A DNA stretch of 64,000 nt. Origin: Geodermatophilaceae bacterium (GTDB taxonomy: Bacteria; Actinomycetota; Actinomycetes; Mycobacteriales; Geodermatophilaceae). How positions within the stretch are numbered: the first letter of the stretch is position 1; each line of letters starts with the position of its first letter. The translations under genes were made by a program, and so were the position numbers. The stretch covers positions 5,464 through 69,463 of the forward strand of contig JACCZY010000046.1 in NCBI GenBank assembly GCA_013695685.1, read 5' to 3'. The notes under the pieces are model-generated. The model saw only the letters and a list, made by a program, of their open reading frames with translations, searched no databases and was not told where the DNA came from. Positions 48,317-58,923 of the stretch are shown in pieces.

Positions 48317-48940
48317 GTGCAGACCTTGGTCGTGGACCACCCGCTCGCCCGCGCCCGCCTGACGACGATGCGAGATGCCCGTACGGACAACGCGACGTTC
48401 CGTGCGGCCCTGCGGGAGCTAACGCTGATGCTGGTGTACGAGGCGACTCGCGAGCTGGCGGTCGTGACGTCGACGATCATGACGCCGGTCGCGCGAACCG
48501 CCGGGACCGCGCTGGCGAACGCGCCGTTGCTCGTTCCGGTGCTCCGGGCGGGGATCGGGATGGCGGAGGCGGCGTTCGGGCTGCTCCCCGAGGCCCAGAT
48601 GGGCTTCGTGGGGCTGGCCCGGGACGAGGAGACGTTCGCGCCGCGGGCCTACATGGAATCGCTGCCGGAGGACTTGACCGACCGCCCGGTCTTCGTGCTC
48701 GATCCGATGCTCGCCACGGGCGGGTCTATGGAGCACTGCTGCCGGCTGCTCACCAGCCGCGGCGCCACCGACATCACCGTCCTGTGCGCCCTGTCGGCGC
48801 CCGAGGGCCTGGCCCGGCTGGAGGCCAGCGGGATGCCCCTGCGGGTGGTCACCGCGAGCATCGACGAGCGGTTGAACGATTCGGCGTACATCGTCCCCGG
48901 CCTGGGTGACGCCGGGGACCGCCAGTTCGGGGCCGTCTAG
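48317..48940 (+). CDS. upp: Uracil phosphoribosyltransferase
   Basis: PRPP-binding motif [13 protein letters not shown] and C-terminal [12 protein letters not shown]. Confidence 0.95.
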   Translation: MQTLVVDHPLARARLTTMRDARTDNATFRAALRELTLMLVYEATRELAVVTSTIMTPVARTAGTALANAPLLVPVLRAGIGMAEAAFGLLPEAQMGFVGLARDEETFAPRAYMESLPEDLTDRPVFVLDPMLATGGSMEHCCRLLTSRGATDITVLCALSAPEGLARLEASGMPLRVVTASIDERLNDSAYIVPGLGDAGDRQFGAV

Positions 48941-48954
48941 CCGGCGGCGCTCAT

Positions 48955-50550
48955 CTAGCTGGGCAACCCCAGGGTCTTGCCCACATCGGCTCGGAGCTGC
49001 GACATCCGAGCGGCGGCTTCGGAACGGGCCGCTGCCACGGACCCGGTCACCGGCACGACGACCTCCAGGTAGGCCTTGAGCTTCGGCTCGGTCCCGCTCG
49101 GCCGCACCACGACCCGCAGGCCGTCCGCCGTGAGCCGTACGACGTCCGCATCGGGAGCGAGGTCCTCCAAGGCCACCGCCCGGCCGGACAGCTCGTTCGG
49201 GGGCGAGGCCCGCAGCGCGGACATGGCCGCACCGATCACCGACAGGTCCTGGACGCGAATCGAGAGCTGATCGGTGTGATGGACGCCGTGCTCGGCGGCG
49301 AGGTCGTCCAGGCGGTCGAGCAGGGTCTTGCCGTCGGCACGGAGCCTCGCGGCCACCGCCGCGACCACGAGGGCAGCGGAGATGCCGTCCTTGTCCAGGA
49401 CGACATCCGGAGCGACGGCGTACCCGAGGGCTTCCTCGTAGCCGAACGCCAGCGGTACGCCCGTCTGCTCGGGCGCCCGGACGATCCACTTGAAGCCGGT
49501 CAGGGTCTCGGCGTACGGGACGCCGGCCGCTGTGCATATCGAGCGAAGCATGGACGAGGAGACGATCGTGGTCGCGAACGTCCCGGTCCGTCCGGCGGTG
49601 AGCAGGGCATCGGCGAGCAGGACGCCGACCTCGTCGCCCGACAGCATCCGGCCGCCGCAGATCACCGCGCACCGGTCGGCGTCCGGGTCGTTCGCGATCG
49701 CGATGTCCGCGCCGCATTCCGCGGCGAGCGCGAGCAGCAGGTCGACCGCTCCGGGCTCCTCCGGATTGGGGAACGGGACTGTCGGGAAGGCCGGATCGGG
49801 TGCGGCCTGCTCGATGACACCGTGCGGTTCGGTGAATCCGGCCCCGACGAACGCGCGGCGCATCACCTCAGCACCGACCCCGTGCAGCGCCGTGTACGCC
49901 ACGGTCAACTCCCGCGAACCCGGCGGTGGTACGGCGCACACCGCGGCCAGGTACGCGTCCAGGACCTCCTCGCCGAGGACGATGTAGTCCTCGGAGAGGG
50001 GCAGCGCGAGGACCGAGCGCACCGCGGCGATGGACCGCTGGATGAGGACGTCGGCCGGCGACACGATCTGCGCGCCGTCAGCGAGGTAGACCTTGTACCC
50101 GTTGTCCTGCGGCGGGTTGTGGCTGGCGGTGACCATCACACCGGCTGCCGCGCGCAGGTGGCGGACAGCGAAGGCCAGCACCGGGGTCGGCAGCGGCGCC
50201 GGCAACAGCAGAGTGGGTAGCCCCGCGCCGGCGATGACCGCCGCGCTGTCGCATGCGAAGTCGGTACTGCCGCGACGGGCGTCGTACCCGATCACCACCG
50301 GTCCGTCGGCCCGGATCGAGACGAGGTAGCCCGCCAGTCCGGCGGCCGCCCGGCGTACGACCGCCCTGTTCATGCCGTTGGGGCCGGCGCGGACCACGCC
50401 GCGGAGCCCCGCCGTGCCGAACGTGAGGGGTCCGGAGAAGCGGTCACGCAACTCCGCCTCGTTGCCGGCGTCGAGCAGCGCCTGTAGTTCCTCGCGGGTG
50501 GCGGGGTCGGGATCGTCGGCGATCCAGGCCCTGATCGCTGCTTCCGTCAC
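48955..50550 (-). CDS. Phospho-sugar mutase (PMM/PGM family; phosphopentomutase role plausible from context)
   Basis: Phosphoserine loop TASHNPPQDNGYK, Mg loop ANDPDADR, sugar loop GYEEALG. GTGA overlap with the upstream SDR gene. Confidence 0.9.
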   Translation of the reverse strand: MTEAAIRAWIADDPDPATREELQALLDAGNEAELRDRFSGPLTFGTAGLRGVVRAGPNGMNRAVVRRAAAGLAGYLVSIRADGPVVIGYDARRGSTDFACDSAAVIAGAGLPTLLLPAPLPTPVLAFAVRHLRAAAGVMVTASHNPPQDNGYKVYLADGAQIVSPADVLIQRSIAAVRSVLALPLSEDYIVLGEEVLDAYLAAVCAVPPPGSRELTVAYTALHGVGAEVMRRAFVGAGFTEPHGVIEQAAPDPAFPTVPFPNPEEPGAVDLLLALAAECGADIAIANDPDADRCAVICGGRMLSGDEVGVLLADALLTAGRTGTFATTIVSSSMLRSICTAAGVPYAETLTGFKWIVRAPEQTGVPLAFGYEEALGYAVAPDVVLDKDGISAALVVAAVAARLRADGKTLLDRLDDLAAEHGVHHTDQLSIRVQDLSVIGAAMSALRASPPNELSGRAVALEDLAPDADVVRLTADGLRVVVRPSGTEPKLKAYLEVVVPVTGSVAAARSEAAARMSQLRADVGKTLGLPS

Positions 50551-51338
50551 GCGATGTCGTACTCCGGGCCGGTGAACTCGCCGCCGAGCAGCTCGTCGGT
50601 GGGGTCGGCTCCCTCGCCGACATCGTCTGCGTGGGACTCCGCGTCGTCGAGCGGGTGGTAGCCCAGCGCCCGCCCCGGTTGCATGTCCCACCAGCCGCGA
50701 GTGTTCGCGGAGATGCCGTACACCACCACGAATCCGGGGCTGGGAGCGGACAGTGCAGCGTCCACGAGCCGCACGACGTCGCCGTCGGACAGCCAGGTCG
50801 ATAGATGCCGCGGGCGCAGCGGGCGTGGGAGCTGGCTGCCGATCCGCAGGCATACGACGTCCAGTCCGTAGCGGTCGACGTACAGCGATCCGAGTGCCTC
50901 GCCGGTGACCTTGCTGACTCCGTAGAACGAGTCCGGCCGGGGCCTGGTGTCGACAGGGACACAGTCGGCCCGCGGCGTGAAGCCGACCGCGTGGTTGCTG
51001 CTGGCGAAGACCACCCGGGTGACTCCGGCTCGGCGGGCGGCCTCGTACACGTGGAAGGTCCCGTCGATGTTGACCCGCCTGATGTCCTCGTACGCCGCCT
51101 CACCGGCCAACCCGCCCATGTGGACGACGGCGTCCACGCCTTCGGTGGCGGCCAGCAGATCGTCCAGGTCCGTGACGTCGGCGCGGATCAGCTCCTCGCC
51201 TTCGCCGGCAGCCCCCATGTCGGCGATGTCGAGGCAGCGCAACGACCAGCCCGTTGATGGGAGCCCGGCTCGCAGCAGCCTGCCGATCTGCCCGGCCGCG
51301 CCGGTGAGCAGGACCCGGCGCGTCGGTGGGGATGTCAC
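50547..51338 (-). CDS. NAD-dependent epimerase/dehydratase-family SDR (uronate-dehydrogenase-like)
   Basis: [10 protein letters not shown] Rossmann motif and YGVSK (YxxxK). GTGA overlaps on both sides. Confidence 0.75.
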   Translation of the reverse strand: MTSPPTRRVLLTGAAGQIGRLLRAGLPSTGWSLRCLDIADMGAAGEGEELIRADVTDLDDLLAATEGVDAVVHMGGLAGEAAYEDIRRVNIDGTFHVYEAARRAGVTRVVFASSNHAVGFTPRADCVPVDTRPRPDSFYGVSKVTGEALGSLYVDRYGLDVVCLRIGSQLPRPLRPRHLSTWLSDGDVVRLVDAALSAPSPGFVVVYGISANTRGWWDMQPGRALGYHPLDDAESHADDVGEGADPTDELLGGEFTGPEYDIA

Positions 51339-52141
51339 AGCCGGCCCACGAGGTCGGCCAGCAGGGTTCCCATCCTGCTGGCCGCTGCCTGGCCGGCCGC
51401 CAGCACCTCGGCGTGATCCAGCGGTTCGCCGGTGATGCCCGCGGCGAGGTTCGTCACCAGCGAGATGCCGAGCACCTCCAACCCAGCCGCCCGTGCGGCT
51501 ATCGCCTCCAGCGCGGTGGACATCCCCACGAGGTCGGCACCGGCCAAAGCAAGCATCCGGATCTCGGCCGGCGTCTCGTAATGCGGCCCGGGGAGTGCGG
51601 CGTACACGCCGGCTGCCAGATCGGGGTCGGCCGCGCGGACCAGCGCCCGGAGCCGGGCCGAGTACAGGTCGGTGAGGTCGACGAACTGCGCGCCGGTCAG
51701 CGGCGACTGGCCGGTGAAGTTCAGGTGATCGGAGATCAGCACCGGCTGCCCGACGCCGTACTCGGGACGGAGCCCGCCGGCGGCATTGGTGAGTACGACG
51801 GTGGCGCAGCCGGCGGCGGCGGCCACCCGCACGCCGTGTGCGACAGGCCCCACGCCGCGGCCCTCGTACAGGTGGGTGCGGCCGAGCAGCACCATGACCC
51901 GTTTACCGGCGACCTCCACGGACCGGATCTTCCCCGAATGACCGATCACTCCCGGCGGAGTGAAGCCGGGCAGGTCGGTGGCGGAGATCTCGACGCTCGG
52001 TGGGCCGAGTGCATCGGCGGCGGGCAGCCAGCCCGACCCCATCACTATCGCGATGTCGTGGCGTTGCGTTCCGGTGGCGGCGGCGAAGGCTGTCGCAGCG
52101 GCTGCTGCGAGCTCCAGCGGATCCTGCTCGGTGGTCGTCAC
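51335..52141 (-). CDS. punA: Purine nucleoside phosphorylase (trimeric PNP family)
   Basis: [24 protein letters not shown] and GMSTALE motifs of the PunA/DeoD-II family. Confidence 0.9.
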   Translation of the reverse strand: MTTTEQDPLELAAAAATAFAAATGTQRHDIAIVMGSGWLPAADALGPPSVEISATDLPGFTPPGVIGHSGKIRSVEVAGKRVMVLLGRTHLYEGRGVGPVAHGVRVAAAAGCATVVLTNAAGGLRPEYGVGQPVLISDHLNFTGQSPLTGAQFVDLTDLYSARLRALVRAADPDLAAGVYAALPGPHYETPAEIRMLALAGADLVGMSTALEAIAARAAGLEVLGISLVTNLAAGITGEPLDHAEVLAAGQAAASRMGTLLADLVGRL

Positions 52142-52276
52142 GGCGGAGCATCTTAGCCATCACGGCGCGACTGTGCGTGACCAATGGCCCGACATCCCTG
52201 GTCAGCGGCTCACGGCGGGCTTGAGCCCCCCAGCGGCAGCTGCCCGGCGGGTCAGGCGGCAGCAACAGATTCACCT

Positions 52277-52320
52277 TTGTCAGTGGATCCGCGTCACCAG
52301 TGACGCGAAAGCACTGACAA
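52277..52320. promoter_or_regulatory. Nested palindrome upstream of the acyl-CoA mutase gene (operator or 5'-UTR structure)
   Basis: Outer arms TTGTCAGTG (52277-52285) and CACTGACAA (52312-52320). Inner palindrome GCGTCAC-ca-GTGACGC (52291-52306). It ends 34 nt before the ATG. Confidence 0.4.
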
Positions 52321-52354
52321 CTCGGCCGGCAGGCGCCGGGCCTAGCATGCGTGC

Positions 52355-53932
52355 ATGAGCCGCCAGGCCGAATCCGGCTTTGAGATCCCCGCGGTGTACG
52401 ACGCCGCCTCGGTCGCCGACGACCTGCCGGCGCGGGTCGGCCAGCCCGGGGAGTACCCGTACACCCGCGGCGTCTACCCGTCCATGTACACCCAGCGGCC
52501 GTGGACGATGCGCCAGTACGCCGGGTTCGGCACAGCCAGGGAGTCCAACGAGCGCTACCACGACCTGCTGTCCCACGGCACGAGCGGGCTGTCCGTCGCC
52601 TTCGACCTGCCGACCCAGATGGGGATCGACTCCGACGCCGACCGCGCGGCGGGTGAGGTGGGCAAGGTGGGCGTCGCCATCGATTCGGTCGAGGACATGG
52701 CGATCCTCTTCGACGGCATCCCCCTGGACGAGGTGTCCACGTCGATGACGATCAATGCGCCGGCCGCCGTACTGCTGCTGATGTACCAGCTCGTCGCCGA
52801 GGAGAACGGGATCGGCGCGGACAAGCTGAACGGCACGGTGCAGAACGACGTACTCAAGGAGTACATCGCCCGAGGAACGTACATCTACCCGCCCGCGCAG
52901 TCGCTGCGCCTGGTCACGGACGTGTTCCAGTACTGCCGCGCTGAGATCCCGCGCTGGAACACCATTTCCATCTCCGGCTACCACATGGCCGAGGCCGGCG
53001 CGACGCCGGCGCAGGAGATCGCCTTCACCCTCGCCAACGGCATCGAGTACGTGCGGGCCGCCGTCGCCGTCGGGATGGACGTCGACGAGTTCGCTCCCCG
53101 CCTGGCTTTTTTCTTCGTCTCCCGCACGACGATCCTCGAGGAGGTGGCGAAGTTCCGCGCCGCCCGGCGGATCTGGGCACAGGTGATGAAGGAGGAGTTC
53201 GGCGCGCAGAACCCGAAGTCCATGATGCTGCGTTTCCACACCCAGACGGCCGGAGTCCAGCTGACGGCGCAGCAGCCCGAGGTCAACCTGGTGCGGGTGA
53301 CTGTGCAGGCGTTGGCGGCCGTACTCGGCGGGACCCAGTCGCTGCACACGAACTCCTTCGATGAAGCCATCGCGCTGCCCACCGCCAAGGCGGCCAGGCT
53401 GGCGCTGCGTACCCAGCAGGTGCTCGCGCATGAGACGGACGTGACCGCCACCGTCGATCCGTTCGCCGGCTCCTACGTCGTCGAGTCCATGACCGATGAG
53501 GTGGAGTCCCTGAGCCGTCGGCTGATGGAGCAGGTGGAGGAGATGGGCGGAGCGGTCCAGGCGATCGAGCACGGCTTCCAAAAGGCGGAGATCGAGCGGT
53601 CGGCGTACGACGTCACCCTCTCGATCGAGGACGGCTCCCGGGTCGTCGTCGGACTGAACCGCTTCACCGTCGACCACGACGAGCGGTACGAACCGCTCCA
53701 GGTGGACCCGGGAATCGAGGCGAACCAGAGCAAGCAGCTCGCCGCCCTGCGGACGCGCCGGTCGAACGACGACGTACGCCGGGGGCTGGACGGCATCCGG
53801 CGCGCGGCCGACGGAACGGCCAACGTGCTGCCCCCGTTGAAGCAGGCGCTGGCGGCCCGGGCGACAGTCGGAGAGGTGTGCGACGCGCTGCGAGAGGTGT
53901 GGGGCAGCTACTCGCCGGCGGAGAACCTGTGA
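52355..53932 (+). CDS. Methylmalonyl-CoA-mutase-family catalytic (substrate-binding TIM barrel) subunit without a B12-binding domain
   Basis: [32 protein letters not shown] and [13 protein letters not shown]. The Tyr and Arg at positions that distinguish MCM from isobutyryl-CoA mutase look MCM-like (alignment from memory). The protein ends before any DxHxxG cobalamin domain. Confidence 0.9.
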   Translation: MSRQAESGFEIPAVYDAASVADDLPARVGQPGEYPYTRGVYPSMYTQRPWTMRQYAGFGTARESNERYHDLLSHGTSGLSVAFDLPTQMGIDSDADRAAGEVGKVGVAIDSVEDMAILFDGIPLDEVSTSMTINAPAAVLLLMYQLVAEENGIGADKLNGTVQNDVLKEYIARGTYIYPPAQSLRLVTDVFQYCRAEIPRWNTISISGYHMAEAGATPAQEIAFTLANGIEYVRAAVAVGMDVDEFAPRLAFFFVSRTTILEEVAKFRAARRIWAQVMKEEFGAQNPKSMMLRFHTQTAGVQLTAQQPEVNLVRVTVQALAAVLGGTQSLHTNSFDEAIALPTAKAARLALRTQQVLAHETDVTATVDPFAGSYVVESMTDEVESLSRRLMEQVEEMGGAVQAIEHGFQKAEIERSAYDVTLSIEDGSRVVVGLNRFTVDHDERYEPLQVDPGIEANQSKQLAALRTRRSNDDVRRGLDGIRRAADGTANVLPPLKQALAARATVGEVCDALREVWGSYSPAENL

Positions 53933-53987
53933 GCGGCCGCAACTACACTCGTCGTCCGTCCCCCGTTCGCCGTCGAGTCCCCTGGTC

Positions 53988-55166
53988 GTGTGCGTGAGTT
54001 TCAGTTGGCTGGACCGGTGGGTCGACGACCACACCGACTACTTGATCGCCGTACGCCGGCAGCTGCACGCGAACCCCGAACTCAGCTTCGGCGAGAACAA
54101 GACCACGGAACTGCTGGCCGACACGCTGCGCGCCGCGGGGCTGAGCCCGCAGATTCTTCCGATGGGCACCGGGCTGACGTGTGACATCGGCACGGGCGGG
54201 CGTCGGGTGGGGTTCCGCGGAGACATCGATGCGCTGCCGTTGCGTGATCTCAAAGACGTTCCCTATCGATCCACAGTGGATGGTGTCTGCCACGCATGTG
54301 GTCATGACGCGCATGCGGCGATCGCACTCGGCGTCGGTCTTGCGCTTGCCAGCGCCCCGGACCTGCCCGGCCAGGTGCGCCTGATCTTCCAGCCCGCCGA
54401 GGAGACGATCCCCGGCGGCGGGGAGGGTGTCGTCAGCAGCGGGGTCCTGGCCGATCTGGAGCGGGTGTTCGCCCTGCACTGCGATCCCCGGCTTGACTGC
54501 GGCAAGGTGGGGCTGTTGGCGGGGCCGATCACCGCCGCTGCGGACTCGGTGTCGGTGACCTTGCGCGGCCCCGGCGGGCACACCGCCCGGCCACACCTCA
54601 GCGTGGACATCGTGGACGCCCTCGGCCGGATCGTGACGACGCTCCCGGGTCTCCTCTCGCGTCAGGTCGATCCCCGCGCCGGCCTGTCGCTGGTCTGGGC
54701 GGCGATCGGGGCGGGTATCGCGCACAACACGATCCCCGAGACCGGGTCGCTGCGCGGGACAGTTCGGGTGCTGCGACGCGAGGCATGGGACGGCGCGGAG
54801 AAACTGATCTGCGGCCTGATCGAGCAGGTGGTGGCGCCCACCGGGGCCGAGGTCGAGATCCGGTACCAGCGGGGCGTCCCCCCAGTCGTCAACGACGCCT
54901 GGTCGATCGAGTTGCTCCGCTCCGGCGTCATCGACGCCCTGGGCCCGGACGGCGTCGCAGACACCGCGCAGAGCATGGGGGCGGAGGACTTCGGCTGGTA
55001 CGCCGACGTCGCACCGATCGCGCTGGCCCGACTCGGCACCGCCAGCGGTGGTCGTGAACTCGACCTGCACATGGGCAGCTTCGACATCGACGAGCGGGCT
55101 ATCGCGATCGGCGTACGGGTGATGACCCACACGTTGCTGACGAGCCTGACCCGCCCGACCAGTTAA
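53988..55166 (+). CDS. M20 family amidohydrolase (N-acyl-L-amino-acid amidohydrolase / hippurate hydrolase type)
   Basis: HACGHDAH metal motif, FQPAEE, and RQLHANPELSF N-terminal signature. Confidence 0.85.
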   Translation: MCVSFSWLDRWVDDHTDYLIAVRRQLHANPELSFGENKTTELLADTLRAAGLSPQILPMGTGLTCDIGTGGRRVGFRGDIDALPLRDLKDVPYRSTVDGVCHACGHDAHAAIALGVGLALASAPDLPGQVRLIFQPAEETIPGGGEGVVSSGVLADLERVFALHCDPRLDCGKVGLLAGPITAAADSVSVTLRGPGGHTARPHLSVDIVDALGRIVTTLPGLLSRQVDPRAGLSLVWAAIGAGIAHNTIPETGSLRGTVRVLRREAWDGAEKLICGLIEQVVAPTGAEVEIRYQRGVPPVVNDAWSIELLRSGVIDALGPDGVADTAQSMGAEDFGWYADVAPIALARLGTASGGRELDLHMGSFDIDERAIAIGVRVMTHTLLTSLTRPTS

Positions 55167-55186
55167 CTCGCCGGTAAGGCCGCCCG

Positions 55187-55639
55187 CTAACTGCCGATCG
55201 AGCGGCACTCGCGGGACCGCAGTCCGGCGAGGTAGTCCGTCGGGGCTCCCGCCACCTCGGCCGCGTCGGCCAGCACACCCAGGTACCGCGCCGAGGGCAG
55301 CCCGCCCTCGAAGGCGTCGAGCACATAGGCCCAGGCCAGGACGTCGCCGGACAGCGTGTGAACTCGGACGCGGACCTTGCGGTACAGGCCGTGGTCCGCG
55401 CCCTCCCAGGCGTCCAGGGTCTGCTCGTCCTGACGGGTGACGTCGTACAGCCCTACGAAAACCTCGCCGGCCGGGTCGGGCACGATCGTCGCCAGCGCGC
55501 CTTCCCAGCCCAACTGCTCGCCGCCGAAGGTCAGCCGCCACCCGCGCACCCAGCCGGTGCCTGCCGCCGGCGAGTGCGGGCAGCGCTCATGCATCTGCGC
55601 CGGGTCCATGTTGGACCCGTAGGCGGCGTACAGGGCCAT
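55187..55639 (-). CDS. Gamma-glutamylcyclotransferase (AIG2/GGACT-like) family protein
   Basis: N-terminal YAAYGSNM (YGS-type) motif. 150 aa from an internal ATG. The longer track ORF would overlap the divergent gene's promoter region. Confidence 0.7.
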   Translation of the reverse strand: MALYAAYGSNMDPAQMHERCPHSPAAGTGWVRGWRLTFGGEQLGWEGALATIVPDPAGEVFVGLYDVTRQDEQTLDAWEGADHGLYRKVRVRVHTLSGDVLAWAYVLDAFEGGLPSARYLGVLADAAEVAGAPTDYLAGLRSRECRSIGS

Positions 55640-55715
55640 GGCGCCGAGCGTAGCGACGGCTGGGAGACTGCAAGGGGACAGCCGCGCCCGCAACGCGCCC
55701 GCAAGGAGAAGGCCT

Positions 55716-57134
55716 GTGAGTACGCCGTCGACCCGCATCGTCATCATCGGCGGTGGTCCGGCCGGCTACGAGGCGGCGCTCGTCGCGGCGCAGCTCGGGG
55801 CGGCAGTGTCTCTTGTGGAGCGTGAGGGTCTCGGCGGCGCCTGCGTCCTCTACGACTGTGTGCCGTCCAAGACGTTCATCGCGACCAGCGGGTCGATGAC
55901 GTCCGTGCGCGAGGCGCCGACGCTCGGCGTACGGGCCGGTGAACCCGACGAGGTCCACATCGACCCGGCAGTGGTGCACGGCCGGGTGCGTGCGCTTGCC
56001 CTCGCCCAGTCCGCGGACGTGCGGGCGCGGCTGGCTCGGGAGGGTGTCGAGCTGCTGTCGGGTACCGCCCGGTTCGCCGACGCGCAGCCGGGACTCGCGC
56101 GGCACCGGATCAGGGTCGAGTCCCCGGACGGAGACTGCACCGACCTCATGGCCGACATCGTCCTGATCGCGACCGGTGCCAGCCCCCGGATCGTCCCGGG
56201 TGCCGAACCCGACGGCGTGCGGGTCCTGACCTGGCGCCAGGTCTATGACCTCGAAGAACTGCCCGAGCACCTCATCGTCGTCGGCTCCGGCGTGACCGGT
56301 GCGGAGTTCGCCAGCGCGTACACCCAACTGGGCGTTCGGGTCACCCTGGTCAGCAGCAGGGAGCGGGTGTTGCCGGGCGAGGACGCCGACGCGGCCGCCG
56401 TACTGGAGCAGGTCTTCGCCGAGCGGGGCACGGAGATCGTCAAGGGCGCACGGGCGTCGTCGGTGACCCGCGTCGGTGACACCGTGGAGGTCGTGCTCGA
56501 CGACGGCCGTCGCTTGTCGGCCTCGCACGCGCTGATGACCGTGGGCTCCGTTCCCAACACCACCGATCTCGGCCTGGACACGGTAGGCGTCGAGCTGGAC
56601 AAGAGCCGGTTCATCGCGACCGACCGGGTATCGCGCACCAACATCCCGGGTGTGTACGCCGCGGGCGACTGCACCGGCGTGCTCATGCTCGCCTCGGTCG
56701 CGGCGATGCAGGGGCGGATCGCCATGTGGCACGCGCTCGGCGAGGCGGTGAGCCCGCTTCAACTGAAAACGGTGTCCGCCAACGTCTTCACCCATCCGGA
56801 GATCGCGACGGTCGGCCTGTCGCAGCATGCGATCGAGGGGGATTCGGTGCCGGCACGGGTCGTGACGCTTCCGTTCGCCACCAACGCGCGGGCGAAGATG
56901 GCCGGCGTACGCGAGGGCTTCGTCAAGCTCATCGCCCGGCACCCCACCGGCGTCGTCGTCGGCGGCGTGGTCGTGGCGCCGTACGCCTCCGAACTGATCC
57001 TCCCGATCACCCTCGCCGTGCAGAACAGCCTCACCGTGTCGCACCTGGCGCAGACCTTCTCGGTGTACCCGTCGATGGGCGGGTCGATCACCGAAGCCGG
57101 GCGGCAGCTGATGGCTCACGGCGACCCGGACTGA
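55716..57134 (+). CDS. Pyridine-nucleotide-disulfide flavoprotein (LpdA-like NAD(P)H-quinone/dihydrolipoamide dehydrogenase family)
   Basis: RBS AGGAGAAGG then GTG. IIGGGPAGY FAD motif, redox-centre-like GGACVLYDCVPSK, second Rossmann VVGSGVTGAE, and a dimerisation domain. Confidence 0.85.
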   Translation: MSTPSTRIVIIGGGPAGYEAALVAAQLGAAVSLVEREGLGGACVLYDCVPSKTFIATSGSMTSVREAPTLGVRAGEPDEVHIDPAVVHGRVRALALAQSADVRARLAREGVELLSGTARFADAQPGLARHRIRVESPDGDCTDLMADIVLIATGASPRIVPGAEPDGVRVLTWRQVYDLEELPEHLIVVGSGVTGAEFASAYTQLGVRVTLVSSRERVLPGEDADAAAVLEQVFAERGTEIVKGARASSVTRVGDTVEVVLDDGRRLSASHALMTVGSVPNTTDLGLDTVGVELDKSRFIATDRVSRTNIPGVYAAGDCTGVLMLASVAAMQGRIAMWHALGEAVSPLQLKTVSANVFTHPEIATVGLSQHAIEGDSVPARVVTLPFATNARAKMAGVREGFVKLIARHPTGVVVGGVVVAPYASELILPITLAVQNSLTVSHLAQTFSVYPSMGGSITEAGRQLMAHGDPD

Positions 57135-57143
57135 TCGGCACCC

Positions 57144-58022
57144 GTGGACGTCGATCTGGACTGGGGGTACCTACGGGCGCACCCACACAACCTCGACCGG
57201 TTGATCGAGCATCAGCGGATCCGGACGACTCCGCTGCCCGGCGGCGACACCTGCCGGGCCGAGCGGCTGACCCTGGACGACGGCAGCTCGGTCTTCGCCA
57301 AGTCCCTGGCCGGCGCCGCGGCCGGCTTCTTCGGCAGCGAGGCGGCCGGGCTGCGGTGGCTGGGCGAGTGCGGGTGCGTATCAGTACCGGACGTCGTCGC
57401 GGTCACCGAGTCGATGCTGCTGCTGTCGTGGATCGACTCCGGCGCCCCGACCCCCGCGGCCGCCGAGCAACTCGGCCGGGCGTTGGCGGCGCTGCACGCC
57501 TCGGGTGCGGATGACTTCGGCGCGACATGGCCGGGCTGGATCGGGCGGCTGCCGCTGGACAACACCCCGGCGACGTCATGGCCGGAGTTCTACGTCGGGC
57601 GGCGGGTGCTTCCCTACATCCGGCATGCGATGGACGCCGGGCGGATGACCGCGGCGGACGCCGCTTCCGTCGAGCGGGTGATGGATCGGATCGGGAACGT
57701 CGGCGTACCGGCCGAACCGCCGGCTCGGCTGCACGGCGACCTGTGGTCCGGCAACGTCATGTGGTCGGCCGCGGGTCCGGCCTATCTGGTGGACCCGGCC
57801 GCGCACGGAGGTCACCGCGAGAGCGACCTGGCGATGCTGGCGCTCTTCGGCCTGCCGCATATCGACCGCGTCGTCGCGGCGTACGACGAAGCGGCGCCGC
57901 TGGCGCAGGGCTGGCGGGAGCGGGTTGGCCTGCACCAGCTGCATCCGCTTGCGGTGCACGCGGCGATGTTCGGGGGCGGGTACGGCGCGCGCGCGGCGGC
58001 AGTGGCACGACAGTATCTGTGA
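57144..58022 (+). CDS. Fructosamine/ketosamine-3-kinase family protein
   Basis: LHGDLWSGN catalytic loop and AYLVDPAAHGGHRESDLA, typical of the FN3K family. Confidence 0.85.
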   Translation: MDVDLDWGYLRAHPHNLDRLIEHQRIRTTPLPGGDTCRAERLTLDDGSSVFAKSLAGAAAGFFGSEAAGLRWLGECGCVSVPDVVAVTESMLLLSWIDSGAPTPAAAEQLGRALAALHASGADDFGATWPGWIGRLPLDNTPATSWPEFYVGRRVLPYIRHAMDAGRMTAADAASVERVMDRIGNVGVPAEPPARLHGDLWSGNVMWSAAGPAYLVDPAAHGGHRESDLAMLALFGLPHIDRVVAAYDEAAPLAQGWRERVGLHQLHPLAVHAAMFGGGYGARAAAVARQYL

Positions 58023-58023
58023 T

Positions 58024-58806
58024 GTGACCGGAGCTGCAGCGGCCCGCTGGCGGGCCGAACTCGAGGCCTGGGCGATCCCGCCGGAGATCCTGGCCGCGGC
58101 GCCTGAGTCGCCGTACGGCTTCCCGGTCGGGATGTTCACCGCCGACCCGGAACCGGTTGACACGCCCTCGCAGCAGCGCGCGCGGGAGGCGCTGCCGGCC
58201 GGCGGAACCGTCCTGGATGTGGGCTGTGGCGGCGGCGCCGGGGCGATGGCGCTAGTACCTCCGGCGGGACTGGTGGTGGGTGTGGATTCCGCACCGCACA
58301 TGCTCGAGGCGTTCGCCGCGGCGGCGGATTCCCGTGGCGTCGCCCACGGCGAGATCCTCGGCAACTGGCCGGACGTCGCCGCCGAGGCCGGGCCGGCAGA
58401 CGTGGTGGTGGTCCACCACGTGACGTACAACGTGCCGGATCTGGTCGCCTTCGCCGTCGCGCTGGATGCGGCGGCGCGGCGGCGGGTGGTGGTCGAGATG
58501 ACCGACCTGCACCCGTGGGTGCCGACCAACGACCTGTGGCTGCGCTTTCACGACCTGGCCCGGCCCTCCGGCCCGAGTGCGCAGCTGTGCGCGGAGGTCC
58601 TGCGCGACGCCGGTCTGGAGGTGCAGACCGAGTCGTGGCGGCGGCCGGCACGCCGGACGAACCGGCCGGAGACGGTGTCGTTCATCCGCCGCCGGCTGTG
58701 CCTGCCAGCCGCCGCCGAGCCCGAGGTCGATGCCGCGTTGCCTGCGGACTACCAGTTCGTCTCGCGCGGGGTCACCACCATCTGGTGGGACCCCCAACCG
58801 GCGTGA
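58024..58806 (+). CDS. Class I SAM-dependent methyltransferase
   Basis: The GTG lies 1 nt after the upstream stop. SAM motif I VLDVGCGGGAG and post-II VVVVHHVTYN. Confidence 0.75.
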   Translation: MTGAAAARWRAELEAWAIPPEILAAAPESPYGFPVGMFTADPEPVDTPSQQRAREALPAGGTVLDVGCGGGAGAMALVPPAGLVVGVDSAPHMLEAFAAAADSRGVAHGEILGNWPDVAAEAGPADVVVVHHVTYNVPDLVAFAVALDAAARRRVVVEMTDLHPWVPTNDLWLRFHDLARPSGPSAQLCAEVLRDAGLEVQTESWRRPARRTNRPETVSFIRRRLCLPAAAEPEVDAALPADYQFVSRGVTTIWWDPQPA

Positions 58807-58923
58807 TCATGAAGATCCGGACAGCCAGATAGGGATAAAAGGCGCGAATCGGGCCACACATCATCATGATCGCCGGGGAGACAGGACCGCGCAGGGCAGG
58901 GCGGCGAGGTCAGCCCGGCGGCC

